64,000 nucleotides of DNA from Antedon mediterranea. Taxonomy: Eukaryota > Animalia > Echinodermata. Below, in pieces: positions 13,201-25,017 of the stretch; positions within the stretch are counted from its first letter, which is position 1, and every line of letters starts with the position of its first letter. The notes below the pieces were generated by a model. The model did not search any database. It saw only the letters and a list, made by a program, of their open reading frames with translations, and had not been told where the DNA came from. The translations under genes were made by a program, and so were the position numbers. The DNA lies in the NCBI RefSeq assembly GCF_964355755.1, contig NC_092671.1:3720001-3784000 (forward strand). The letters are read 5' to 3'.

Positions 13201-15339
13201 TAATACCGTTATTACAATGCTAATATTATTAGCATTGTAAAGCTCGTCTTCGGCTAGACAACAGGTCCTGTGGCCCAATGGATAAGGCATCTGACTACGA
13301 ATCAGGGGATTCCAGGTTCGAGTCCTGGCAGGATCGGATTGTTTTTATCTTAAAACAAAATTGCAATTCAGAATAATAAAGATGAATGTTTAATTTATAT
13401 TTATATTTATTAGTAATATTCATTTTTCTGTCAGACGATGACTTTTTGTTACATTTTTACCGTTTAGGTTGTCTTTGTACTGTATTAAGTAAAATCATTA
13501 TTTTTGGTACGTTGGAAGTGATTGCCTTTATTTTAATCAAACTGCAAAGGACATTTTTCTGATTTTATTATTCATTTTATTTTATTTATAATTTTTTCAT
13601 GTTTTTGGGGTACCAACATATATGAGTGTGCGCAGCAGCTTCAGTGGCTAACCTAAAACACAGAAGAAAAAAAAATCATGCGATCCTGCCAGGACTCGAA
13701 CCTGGAATCCCCTGATTCGTAGTCAGATGCCTTATCCATTGGGCCACAGGACCAGATATATCTTAAACTGATTAGATATTCTATGAAAGCTGACTTGATT
13801 TATGGTACACGTTAAACATTAATTAGGCAGCACGTTTAGAAGAAATATGATACCATTTATTTATTATTTCTGTGGGTGCTTGAATATAAGCCGCTAATTA
13901 AGTCACAAGAAACCATGCCAAATAATGTATAATGAGGGTAGATAAATATAATTGACTCAAACAATGGTAAATAAAAAATGTATACCTTTGTTTGTTTGTT
14001 TGTTTGTAATACCGAACCATAGTGAAAATGTAATTATTCACCTTAAAATACCATGCGTAAATACCATGCGTAAATACCATGCGTAAATACCATGCGTAAA
14101 TACCATGCGTAAATACCATGCGTAAATACCATGCGTAAATGATATATAAATAAAACATAAACATATTAAATGCCTCGTTATAGTCATCCTAACTCGCAAG
14201 TTTGGTGGTATTATTCATGATTTATAAATATATGTACATAAAAATATTGATCCTGCCAGGACTCGAACCTGGAATCCCCTGAATCGTAGTCAGATGCCTT
14301 ATCCATTGGGCCACAGGACCAGTTACGAATCATACGGGGAAAATGGCTGTTAACCACATGATCGAAAATCACATACCAGTCATACACCACGACCGTACGA
14401 TTATTAATTTATCTGCCTCTTGTAACACTTTTCAAATGAATTTTAAAACAAATTACGTGTGTATTTGTTGTGCTTTTTTGAATACAGATCCCTTTGTGAA
14501 AGTATATCTGTTACAAGATGGAAAGAAGATTAGTAAAAAACGAACGTCGGTTAAGAGATCAGAATCTTGTCCTATTTATAATGAAGCGATGATCTTCTCG
14601 GCTCCACCATCACTCCTAGAGGTAAGGGTATAACCATTTACTGACTATTACAACCTTCTCATATCTGGCTGGAAGGATATTACGGATATTTGCCTGTCTG
14701 AGTTATAAATCGTTACATGTTAAAATAGGCCATTTACTAATGCACCGTTCTTAAAAACGTTATGCCACGTCTCTGATAAAACCCACAAGATTGGAAAGGC
14801 ATCACAATCACTGCAATACATTCTGTATGTATAGGGATCTCTCCCTAATAAAGGGAAACCTCCTGAAGGGACACTTTCTCGTGAAACGAACATAGGAGAT
14901 ATATATATATTTTAATACAGTATTTTAATACAGTATATAACACTCTATATTCACGGAAACCTCAATTCAGGGCGGCCAGGCAACCTCATATTCAAGGGAA
15001 ATTCCTCTTCAGGGAGAGCCCCTATTTCAGTGAATACCCCTATTCAGAGAAAGCTTTGTTAGGTTCCTAGGTGTGAATAACAAGGATTCTAGTGCAACCA
15101 TATTATCTAGCGTTTAATATTGTTTTTCCAGAAAGTATTAATATAATAATCATTATTTTTTTAAGGCATTAACTATTCGCATTACTGTTGCTGAAAATAT
15201 ACTTTCAAGTAAAGCACCAAGTGTTGGCCATGTTTTGATTGGTCCATCATCTAGCGGCGCTGCGCTCGTTCATTGGCAACAAATGATGTCATCACCTAGG
15301 AAACCAATTGCAATGTGGCATCCTCTACAAAGATATTGA
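4020..15339 (+). CDS. SYT12: Synaptotagmin-12 orthologue; join(4020-4211,5892-6097,7392-7557,11040-11261,12150-12270,14488-14621,15166-15339), 404 aa
   Basis: N-terminal TM helix, linker SAESLES, tandem C2A/C2B. C2B motifs LSYLPTA.RL, DPFVKVYLLQDGKKISKKRT, NEAMIFS, VGHVLIGP, HWQQM, PIAMWH match vertebrate SYT12 as recalled. Splice phases are compatible; total 1215 nt. Confidence 0.92.
5892..6097 (+). CDS. SYT12: SYT12 coding exon 2 (linker)
   Basis: TTAG acceptor, GTAAGT donor; VSEDTSVV...GRCGSAESLESVASDSSIFEEGQSS. Confidence 0.82.
7073..7325. repeat. Tandem duplication with ~137-bp period (intronic)
   Basis: agttgggcgc...ttagatctgaaccatatcaaatgacctatttaaat...atttctaagatt at 7073 and 7210. 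Confidence 0.8.
7392..7557 (+). CDS. SYT12: SYT12 coding exon 3 (C2A N-half), followed by a GC donor
   Basis: TGQLEITINY...IVQARDL...DTFVKIFIEPDEESKAHTK; donor AAG|GCGAGT. Confidence 0.88.
8557..8795. mobile_element. Possible non-autonomous Helentron/DINE-like element
   Basis: Short inverted repeats AGTCGCGTGC (8712) and GCACGCGACT (8781) around a (CCGA)n microsatellite, ending in an A-run. Confidence 0.35.
9635..10600 (-). mobile_element. 5'-truncated, degenerate CR1/L2-group LINE (RT C-terminal region and 3' tail)
   Basis: Minus-strand frameshifted peptides NNMKLNP, IYTWYVRSLTEYAAPVWHSGLT, VPVCRTVRYGNSSIPYM; AATAAA plus (TGAA)n tail near 9635-9670. Confidence 0.8.
10785..10963. mobile_element. 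PIF/Harbinger (Tourist-like) MITE
   Basis: TIRs AGCTTGGTTCCCACTAG / CTAGTGGGAACCACGCT, palindromic body, TTA TSD (10782-10784, 10964-10966); related fragments near 5645, 7580 and 20040. Confidence 0.8.
11040..11261 (+). CDS. SYT12: SYT12 coding exon 4 (C2A C-half)
   Basis: IANRCLSPIYNEKFLF...LRLVVLSCDRFSR...PFTAWLDL; TTAG acceptor, GTAAGC donor. Confidence 0.92.
12150..12270 (+). CDS. SYT12: SYT12 coding exon 5 (C2B start)
   Basis: DLGDVLISLSYLPTAARLMVIIVKARNLKWTDQKETA; TTAG acceptor, GTGAGT donor. Confidence 0.93.
12287..12570 (+). repeat. ~80-bp tandem repeat (3.5 units), each carrying a Pol III B-box-like motif
   Basis: GGTTCGAATC(CC)-like motifs at 12294, 12383, 12463 and 12543, each followed by an aaaccaacct-like sequence. 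Confidence 0.8.
12731..12803 (+). tRNA. tRNA-Arg(ACG)
   Basis: 73-nt cloverleaf GGTCCTG...CAGGATCG, anticodon loop CT-ACG-AA, A and B boxes, oligo-T terminator. Confidence 0.96.
13039..13111 (-). tRNA. tRNA-Arg(ACG)
   Basis: Exact reverse complement of the 12731 copy; T-run terminator on minus. Confidence 0.96.
13264..13336 (+). tRNA. tRNA-Arg(ACG)
   Basis: Identical 73-nt copy, T5 downstream. Confidence 0.96.
13681..13753 (-). tRNA. tRNA-Arg(ACG)
   Basis: Identical 73-nt copy on minus with a T-run terminator. Confidence 0.96.
14046..14140. repeat. Minisatellite (AAATACCATGCGT)x7
   Basis: Seven perfect 13-bp units. Confidence 0.95.
14248..14320 (-). tRNA. tRNA-Arg(ACG) variant (A38U, G73A)
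   Basis: 73-nt copy with two substitutions; all stems intact. Confidence 0.85.
14488..14621 (+). CDS. SYT12: SYT12 coding exon 6 (C2B)
   Basis: DPFVKVYLLQDGKKISKKRTSVKRSESCPIYNEAMIFSAPPSLLE; CAG acceptor, GTAAGG donor. Confidence 0.95.
15166..15339 (+). CDS. SYT12: SYT12 coding exon 7 (C2B end and stop)
   Basis: ALTIRITVAE...VGHVLIGPSSSGAALVHWQQMMSSPRKPIAMWHPLQRY*. Confidence 0.93.
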   Translation, partial: ALTIRITVAENILSSKAPSVGHVLIGPSSSGAALVHWQQMMSSPRKPIAMWHPLQRY

Positions 15340-16709
15340 TATGTCATTTGCAGACAAGGAATTTTACAAAACACTGTGCCGTAAACTCAGATAAACGTTA
15401 TAATAGAACAGGGAGGGGTGGTTGGTAATTATGAGGAGAAAAACTGATTACTGAATTGTGCACTTTGGTAAAGTTGGCATCACCACCAGCCTGTCTTCGA
15501 AATATTGATGTATTTATATATTTTAATATATTCTTTGCTACAGAGTTTTATTTATTTGTTCTTTATGTGTAATATAGTTACGGAACGACTCTTGTAACAC
15601 ATACCGAGTGTCAGTAATAGGTTTCGTAATGCGTAATGCGTCACCATATCGGAAAATGAAGACGCGTTTATATCGATGTTTACTTAATTTGAACGCGTTT
15701 ACATTAAAAAAAAAAGGTAAAACTGCGCTAAATGCAAACAAATGTTGTGATGTGTGGTTTTTTAATTTAGTTCAAGCAATATTTTGACATTTTCACAAAT
15801 TAAACGTCAAAATGTGTTTAATAGTATGTGTACGGGGTAAACTTCCATCAATAACAGTAGAACCACATATTAAGGTGACATTCAACAAACGGTACCTTTA
15901 TTAATAAGGGTGTATACCTCGAATAAGAGATGACTGTAATGCTATCATAAATATCTCCGCTTGTTTATTTCACGAGAAAGTATGTCCTTAATTGGGGCGT
16001 TCAAATTAAGGACTCCAATGAAAGGATTCTACTGTGTATACTTCGGTTACAAAATTCCAATACAACAAACACAAAAGCTGACGACAGGTCTACCTCCAAC
16101 ATCAATTTGACATAAGCTAATGTTTAAATTGAACACTAATTAAAAAGAAATATAAATGAGACTATAGCCCTACGTAATAGAGTATCAGAGGGACGTTGTA
16201 ATAGAATTAATGAACAACTGTTAAGGTAACCATTAATTTTTCTTTAAATCACAGTAGTTACGTCACAGTATGTTAACATGTAATTATAAACATTCATGTT
16301 AATGTAGGTCTACTTATTAACATATAATATCATACAAAAACATATAAATGAGTTATTGTTATTTTTCTTCTGAAATAAAAGGTCCCGATATTGTTCTAAA
16401 GTCCAGGTGCTCGGTATGAGTAGTTTGAAAAAGCTTTGATTTGAAACATAACGTATAGAACGCTGTACTGTTTACGGTTCGTACACAATAGGTGGCACGT
16501 GTGCTTAGACTCAAGGACGTCTCGCGGCACACATAGCCCAACTCCCGTCACAAATACTTCCTTAATAACCAAATAAATAGGCCTACAATACGATAATACG
16601 TGTACGTTTTAAAGTGAATATTACACAATAGAGATCAATACCGTTAGAGCAAACACTTTGGAAACTTCAGCTCAATTCTTTAAAGTTAATGTTCTCTTTA
16701 TTAGGCATA

Positions 16710-17910
16710 CTAGATGGTACGCTCGCTTCGCTCGCGTACCATCTAGTTCGTGCCCACAGATGGTTCTCGAATACATAGTAATTTCAGCGTAAAAAAACTG
16801 GCGATTTTAAATGTACGTACGGCAGGACTATAAAACATTGTCGTTTACAGAAACAAATAAGTAGACACAATGATTTATGTAGTCAACCAAAATTAGCACC
16901 TAGAAACTTGTCACAAAATGAGTCGAAATTTGTTATTTGTACTCATTTAAACAAACCCGATTTTGGTAAATTATTCTTTATATTTCTTTATTATCCAATC
17001 ATTAACGAAATATTTTTTTTATAGGCCTATAAATATTATACCACTAAATAGAGTAAAACATTTCCGATTTAATACTTTATTAAAACTGTCACTGTCTCAT
17101 GGTCAATTGAAATAGTAAAGTACATTTAATGACCACTAATACATTTATATTTTTGTAATTATTAATTAATACAAACGCTGAGAAACAACTGACGGTAATA
17201 AAGTATTATATTATTATGTGTTTATAATCTAAAAGCAGGGGCTACCCACACTCACAGTGATAAAGTTTATTAGTATTTTTGTTTATATTCTATCTAACAG
17301 TACCAACACACTTTTGATTCAAATAGCGATCGAAAGTGGTAATACCTATTTGCAGTATTGTATAGCATTACAATACTATTTCTGTTTATTTTCCAAGGGT
17401 CTATAAATTTACCTACTTGTGTTAAACCATGGAGGTATGCAATAATTTGGAATGTTCCATTCATTGCAAATCAATACATTTCTATAAACGTATATTAAAT
17501 CTATCAAAATAGTATTTTTTAAAGAAAATCGGCCTGTCTTCAACATTATGATGCTGTACTCTAGCTGTTCAACCGGTTTTCAGCTATTAAAAACAATTAT
17601 CGTAGGAGGAGATAGGAAAATGCGAAGCCTCCTCGCATTTTTGTGGCGGGTATTTTTCAAGATGGACATCCATTAGACAGTGCATACCACGATCGAAAAA
17701 CACCCCTATTTGGGGCAAATCGTTGAACCTAAATTCGTTTTAATCGTCAATAAATAATTATCTAACTTAATTTAATTAGTAAACAGGGTTACATCAGGTG
17801 GTTAAAATCAGTACCGAAAGTACGAACCAACTTTATATACCATCGAGTAAAAATTCTAGAAGTAAAGCGCGATTTACCGAATTTTGCCCTTACGTAAATT
17901 TATATATAGA
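16710..17910 (-). mobile_element. Non-autonomous Helitron, copy 1
   Basis: Minus strand begins A|TC(TATATA) and ends with hairpin GTACGCGAGCGAAGCGAGCGTAC plus CTAG|T; no TSD; homologous to 53537-54859. Confidence 0.85.
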
Positions 17911-20331
17911 TTATATAGGCTAGCAAATACATTATAACGAAACGATTGAAAGGGAACGTATAAGTCGCGGGTATACCTTGTCTGCGAGTAAATAGTAGGC
18001 CTATAACATACAAATAGGAAGAATAGTATTGTAAAGCTCAAGTCACGTTTTTAGTTAAGTTAACAAAGCACACATAAATACACTAGAAAGAATAGATTTT
18101 TTTGGCCGATTTTAGTATGCTTTAGGAGGTGACATCACGAAGTTGACGCGAGCGTAATAAACTAACGCCAATATTTTGTATCAAAGTTTGTACGCGCGCG
18201 TACTAGCACGGGACTTCATTGAGTCACCGAAACAGCAAACTTTTTTTTCGAAAATCTTCACAAAATGTTCAAAGTGACTTACCTGGTGTGAATGTTGCTG
18301 TGTATAGAATGACGAAGCAGCAGGAATGTGCAATTCTAGTCTAAAACAAAAAAAAGGAAACAAAATTATTCGGACTGGCAATTATTCGTCTTTTTGCTCA
18401 ATTTATACAATCCATTTACAGTATCAAACCATGGACCTCATAAATTAAAACAACCAAATTATGTTATTATAAAAAATGATGTCTTAAATCCTAAATTTAA
18501 AGATGCTATCAAAAATATTATCAACATTTAGGAAAAGCATATTTTCTTACGGTTGTTATTATATAGGTCTGGCTGAAAAGTCTTATAAACAATGATTGAT
18601 TTAAAATCAATGGCAGAACTAGTAGTAATGTTAATATTGTGTTGTGGTATTCATTATGACAATGGGCTTTCAATTTACAGAGCTTTGTTCGATAATTGTG
18701 ATCATGTTGTATTATATATCAATATATTTCTATTTGTATTTTTTTGTGGAGATGGAATTAAAATTATACTGTACAAACAATGGAGATGTTATGTCATTTT
18801 TTACTGTGTACAAATGTGTGTACAAACAACTTTTCAAATCCAAACAGTTCGGCCATTCACCATTCTCTCATGTCTACTATTAAAAGTTTGAATATCTTTA
18901 GGAAAACTTGTAAATTATCGTACTCAACTGGTTTGTTTTGTTTACTATTTTTCCTTTGAATTTCGTATGAATGGTATAACGAAAATTCTACGAAAATCAA
19001 CGAGCGCAGATTGTCAGTATGGTAAAGAAAGTAAAAATGTATATAGCGCCCGCTATGAATCAGATGAAGACCAATGAGTTTCAGTCAACTTATAAAAAAA
19101 ACCTTGGCAACAATAACGAAATAGGTATTGGCAATTTCAGTGAAATTCACTGCTATGGTCGATATTGAGAATAATGAGAATATGGAGATGCTGAATCAAA
19201 ATATTTCTTTTTTCTATAACACACAAAATATCAAAAAATGTATTAATCATCACAATAGGAAAATTGATTTAAACAATTTTTGGTTGAGATTGTCATGACG
19301 ATAAATCGATAAATAAATTACATCAATTCCACCCTGTTATGGTTAACCAATCATTTCATATTTTTAGGCTAAATTATTTTCCATAATTGTAGCAGTGGGT
19401 AGTGGAGTTAATAAATCATAACATAACATAGCTTATCCATCCTGTTAGCGAGTTGCTCGCTGTTGAATGAAATAAAAAGTAAATATTAAAAGCCCTGCCT
19501 GCGTATACAAGTTAACCTAAAATTACGGGGTGCCAAAATATACAGTACCTCCTGTCTTACAATGTAAGAATATATAAGAATATGTAATGTTTCGGAAGGC
19601 GCCCCGTATAATACTCACGGTAATATTGAATTAAACAAACATCTTTACAAACCAGTCAACTTAAAAATTAAGCTTGAGCGTGGCACGTGTGGTGTGTAAA
19701 TGGAGAAAGTCACGTGTCTATACATCATAGCGTTCACACGCTAATTTATTTATAATCACGTATCTCAAACCAATCAAACAGCTATCATGCAAGTAGTGGT
19801 TAACAAATTCAAATACGTTAGAATATTGATTAGCGTTATGTAAATATTCTTTCAGGTTTTAAATTTCATTATTGTCGCGTAGACGTAAACTATAAAAAAA
19901 ACCGGTCTTTGACTCTTGTTCATGTAGCGTCGCACGTGCTTAAGAAAGTATGTTGACTCTCTAAACGTGACGATTTGCCAGTACTAGGTACTAGAGTACT
20001 GATAGTGGTATGAGATATAGACTGATAATAGATCGGATCCAACCAAGACGCGCAATGAAATTCATTTGACCAATCACAATCGAAAATCAGTATGATATGA
20101 GCCACTGTGATTGGTTAATATACTTTCGTTGCATATATGCTCGCCCCTTTCGTTGCAATCAAACTCACAGAATTTACCTCCTCTAAAAATGTGAAAAAGA
20201 TTTGTTATTTATTTAAAAGACAAAAAAGAAAAATAGATAGACCTAGCCTACACTAATCAACATAGTCAGATATTAGATAGATAGATTATGATACAATAGA
20301 TACTGAGATTGGTTCCGTCCAAAATGCGTAA

Positions 20332-20599
20332 AGCCTGGTTTCCATAAAATCGTTACACGACAGAGCGTAGCGATTCTATGGAAACGCTAGAATTTATCGG
20401 GGATCTAGTACGCGAGCACTAAATATTCTTTGGTACGCCTATACGATTCATCGCCGACACAATCGGCAAAGTTGAACATGGTTGAACTTTGCCGATTTGA
20501 CTGCGATGAATCGGGGAGCCTTCCCGATTGCGTCGGCGACATCTGCGCGTGTAGCGATTTTAATGGAAACGCTGTAACGATTTTAATGGAAACAAAGCT
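20332..20599. mobile_element. PIF/Harbinger-type MITE (second family)
   Basis: Imperfect TIRs AGCCTGGTTTCCATAAAATCG / CGATTTTAATGGAAACAAAGCT; TAA TSD. Confidence 0.7.
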
Positions 20600-21081
20600 T
20601 AACGCAATCTATTTGATCAATCACGGGACAATTATGATGATCCATTACAACTAATTTTGCAAATTCTTCCATCAACATTTTGAAAAGCCTGTTAAACATA
20701 TTATTTACATTTATCCAGTACTGCAGGATAGAAGAAAGAAGCTTGTAGTCGCGCAAAGTCCCAATCCCATAATAATTATTACTGGGTGAGGTCATGTGGT
20801 CGAGTCAGTACAATGTGAGGGCGGTATATTAATGTCATTTTAAGTTTTGCAAACAAAAATAAATGGTTTTCTAGAGAAACATGATGCGGTCAAAGCTTGT
20901 CGTTATAATCCGTATTAGATATTATCTAGAATATTTTAAAATACAATGTTATGACAAGGATTAAACAGAGAACTGTCTCAACATGGAGATTTAAAACTAC
21001 GAGACATGCATACGAGTGAACTATGTCTGTTTGTTCAGCAAGCAATTTACCATTTAAAGGTTACACGTCAATCGAAAAATT

Positions 21082-21300
21082 GACTGTGCTGTGGTTTAGT
21101 CGCTCGGCTACCGATTCTGGGTCTTGGGTTCAAATCCTGTCAGATGCCAGGTTTATTTTTTCTCATGACAGGATCAACTCCACTCTCAGAGACTTATATT
21201 TAAGACTTCGTTTGTGTAGCATCTTGTGTATAATGTTTGTCTTTGTGACTATCTGGCCTCTCCAGGAGACTTGTCTCCATATTGTTAATAAAAAAATACT
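21082..21300 (+). mobile_element. Possible degenerate tRNA-derived SINE
   Basis: A-box-like TGGTTTAGT, B-box GGTTCAAATCC (~21127), AATAAA/A-rich end ~21286. Confidence 0.35.
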
Positions 21301-24300
21301 TACTCCTTTTTAATCAATAATTTTCTTTCTTTTAATTATGGTTATTGTAAAACCCCTCAATTAACTTCTCATAAAACGAATTATGAGGGGAAATATTATT
21401 TTTTACTACTGTACGACTATCCTTTATTCACACCTCTGATAAGTAGAGCACACTTCGTTGGGTCTCGGTGTTTCCCTATAGAAGGGATCTCTGTATTTTG
21501 GTCTCTTTGAAATTTGTCCGTTTCTTACTATTCAAATATTTGCTTAATCGATTAAATTGCCACAAACGACATGCCTAATTGCTATAATGAACAATTAAAG
21601 AAATAGCCGAAACAAAGTGAAAAGCATTTTCAATTTAATAAATAATAATACAAATTGTCATAATTATTATTTTAAATAATAATTACAGCAATATTAATAT
21701 AAGTTCAGATTCTCAAAAGCAACGCCTATATTATATACAAAAATAAATTTCGTCAACCGAAATTAGTGCATTGTTGCAGTACATTTATTTCTAAATCCGC
21801 ATAGTTCCAAAAGACGATGTTTATCAACAAGTCGGAACATCTCAACCTCTTACACCGGATACTGATATTAGGGCTCTGATCGCAAATTAACATAGTATTA
21901 TTTACATTTAGTGCTTGATATTTTTGAAAAACAAATGCATTTTAGCAATCAGTGTTTGTTTTACTCAATTGCATGCAATCATATCGGTGGTTGTTTTGCG
22001 AGACATTGGCAAGATGGGCCTGGCTGAGTATACTGGTTCAGTTCAGTTGGGTTTGAATGTATTTAATATTGTACTTTCTGATCCAACATTTCACGTGTAG
22101 TAATTGTCACAATGCTTACATTATATTAATCAGGCCTGTTTTTGTCATTTCTCTGTCTGTACTGTCTCTTAACCATATATACCGAAATCTGAGCTCAATG
22201 ACATGAATCTAACGCAATTGTTGACGCATAAAAGATATCGTCATTATCTAATCACCAATATCGTGGATGTGTAAACTCAAAGTTGAAGAAAAAGACAGGA
22301 TATCTTCCTTACACACAATGCCCTTAATGCGTCGACGCAAATGTTGACGCAAAAGAGTGGACATCTTCCTGGACTTAATTAATTACATAATACCAAGATT
22401 TTTCAATGTATCAATGTTGACGCAATATTAGTTAACAGCATAATATCGACACTGTGCCAACGCAATTTGTGACGCCATTTTCGGCAAGCGGTACGATAGT
22501 GCCTGTTGTCTGTAAAGTATAGTTTAATACACATATGGAGTTCCAGCATCATTGTAGTTAAAATTACGATTATTCTGTAAGACAAAAAGGGTAAGACGTC
22601 GTTAAAGAAAGCTAATTATGAATTTAACAATAGCATACATTATCATAGATGGTACTTTGCGTTACATTCTGACGTAGCCTATAACTTAAGAGGTACAATA
22701 ATCTTGTTTGCATTGCATTGGCTTCGTAGCATGCTTCGTAACACTTTTGGTACTGGTTTTATAAAACCTTGAATCCTATCACCTATTTCTGTAAAATAAT
22801 TCGTTTATGTAAGTACAGAGTACAGAGCAAAAATGGAAAAGGTTTCGAAATTATGAGGAACCACTTAGACATCGGCATATTAATGTTTTCAATTGTAGGC
22901 CTAATCTGTTTCTATTAAAAAAATAAACACTAATCGGTATAAAATCAATTAATGATAATTTTGGCCAAAGTATTAATTATGTTTTATTAATCAAAATGTA
23001 ATGTGTTTAATTTATTTCTATCCTTGGCTCGGATTCCTTTTTTTGGTCACAAGATTTTCTTCTTTTTTTTTTTCTTCAATTCCAATGTACCTCAATTACA
23101 ATCAAATGGAGATTTGAGAAATGAACTGGATAAGAAACATTATGTTAATGAGCTAGCTGATGCAATTGTTCACTATTTCAATTATTATTATTCAACATTT
23201 CTTTGAGATTTCAAAATGCCATCGCAATATTTCCTGTTCACCTGTCCTCAAATCCGTTCTTTGTAAATCAAGACTGCTTAGGTTATCAAACTATTTCAGT
23301 AAAATTATAATAAATTAAGCGAATACTGAGCGAAAGCATTAATAAATGCAGATAACAAATGGCTAACAACCATTAATAATTTGGCAACATCATGTTTTCC
23401 TCTTTTTTCTGTATAAAAGATTGTCACGAGATAAGTTTTTTACTTTCAATCCTTTAAACAGTTCATATCTTATACTTTTAGTTAAATTGTAAATTGCTTT
23501 GTGATAATAAGTACGGTATTGTAATAATTAATAAATACGGTATTTAAAAAAAAAAAAAAAAAAAAAATACACTACCTCAAATATTATAATATACTTGGGG
23601 TGTGTAGAAGTGATATATGCCAAACATGCTTTATCATATCATATGTTTTTTTAAATCATGTATAAATTTGGGGAGAAAATATAATATTTGACATACATTT
23701 TACCGATGTATGGGAATTGCGAATAAAAGTTATTAATAAACGGAAATATTTCGTATAACATTACATAAAGTGTTAGTTTCTCCATGCCAAAAGATAAGCA
23801 ACCAATACCTCAATAACATGCCACAGAATTATCGCACACACCTCTACTATAAGTAATGGTGCGTGCTAGTGACACGGTACAGAAGTATTGCCGTATTAAA
23901 TACAATAGTAATTTTACAATAAAAGATGTTTTTTATAATAATAACTAGGTCTTTCATTCAACATGAATATCTGACATGAATGTAAACATCTATTATTCGT
24001 AAGCCTGAGAAATAAGATGTTAACAAAGCTCCAAGTAAACCCTATTACGTTCATTTATCCTGAACGTGTGGAGGGCCATTGTAACCCACACGACGACGCT
24101 TGAAACGCTGCGTCCCTGGACAAAATCCAAAACAAATACTCGGCCTAGGACTAGATATGAAACCGTGCTTAAGTTATATTATTGAATAAAGCGAAATCCG
24201 TCAACCATGATTTATTACAACTCGTGGCTTAGCATGCAGGTGTCCGCGGCAAAGACCATCTTTTTATTCTTGTTTATTGAACCACCCTAGAAAAGGACAA

Positions 24301-25017
24301 AAGGCGTTTTTTTTAACTTGTAAATTCAACGCAGCCAATCGTATATGCTTTCTAACCAATTTCCAATGCATACCCCAACACTCAATAATGTTGAAACCAA
24401 TCACTTGTTACTGGAATTATAAAACTTGTTGATGGGATTCGGTTAAACAATAAGAAGAAATCAGTCACTCACAAACTAATGATCGCGAACGTACGTTCAT
24501 TATAATAACACTGCTTTGTATGCTTTAAAATGTGATATTCGATAAACTTATCAAATTAGTTTTCTTTAGAAGTTATTGAATTACCAGTCAATGTGTCTAC
24601 GGTGTCGAAATGTTGAAAGATCCGAGTGCTGGTACCAATTATAAAAGGGATAGATAAAAACAAAAACCGCTGGGTTTTCATTCATTATCTTTTATTAATT
24701 TATTTTATTGGATGAATATTTATTGGGGTCTGTGATCTCTTTTCATTGAAAGTATGTTGCTTTACGCAATAGTTTTATTTAATACATCCAAATTTGTGGA
24801 TAGTTTCGCATCTATCGATAAATTGAAAACGCCGAAAAATTAACGCACGCGTACAGAAGTCGTGACGCGCGCGTACACAAGTTATGACGCGCGCGTACTA
24901 AGTCGTGTCGCACGCGCACAAAGTTCGCGACTCTCGCATTTAATAAAAAAAATGATGAGCACGTTATGTTTGTGTCTCTTAGTGAAAAATTAAAATTTAT
25001 AAAGATCACACATTTAA

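Noticed and set aside
13898-14164. ORF with repeated YAWYLRMVFTHG
   Set aside because: Artefact of the 13-bp minisatellite.
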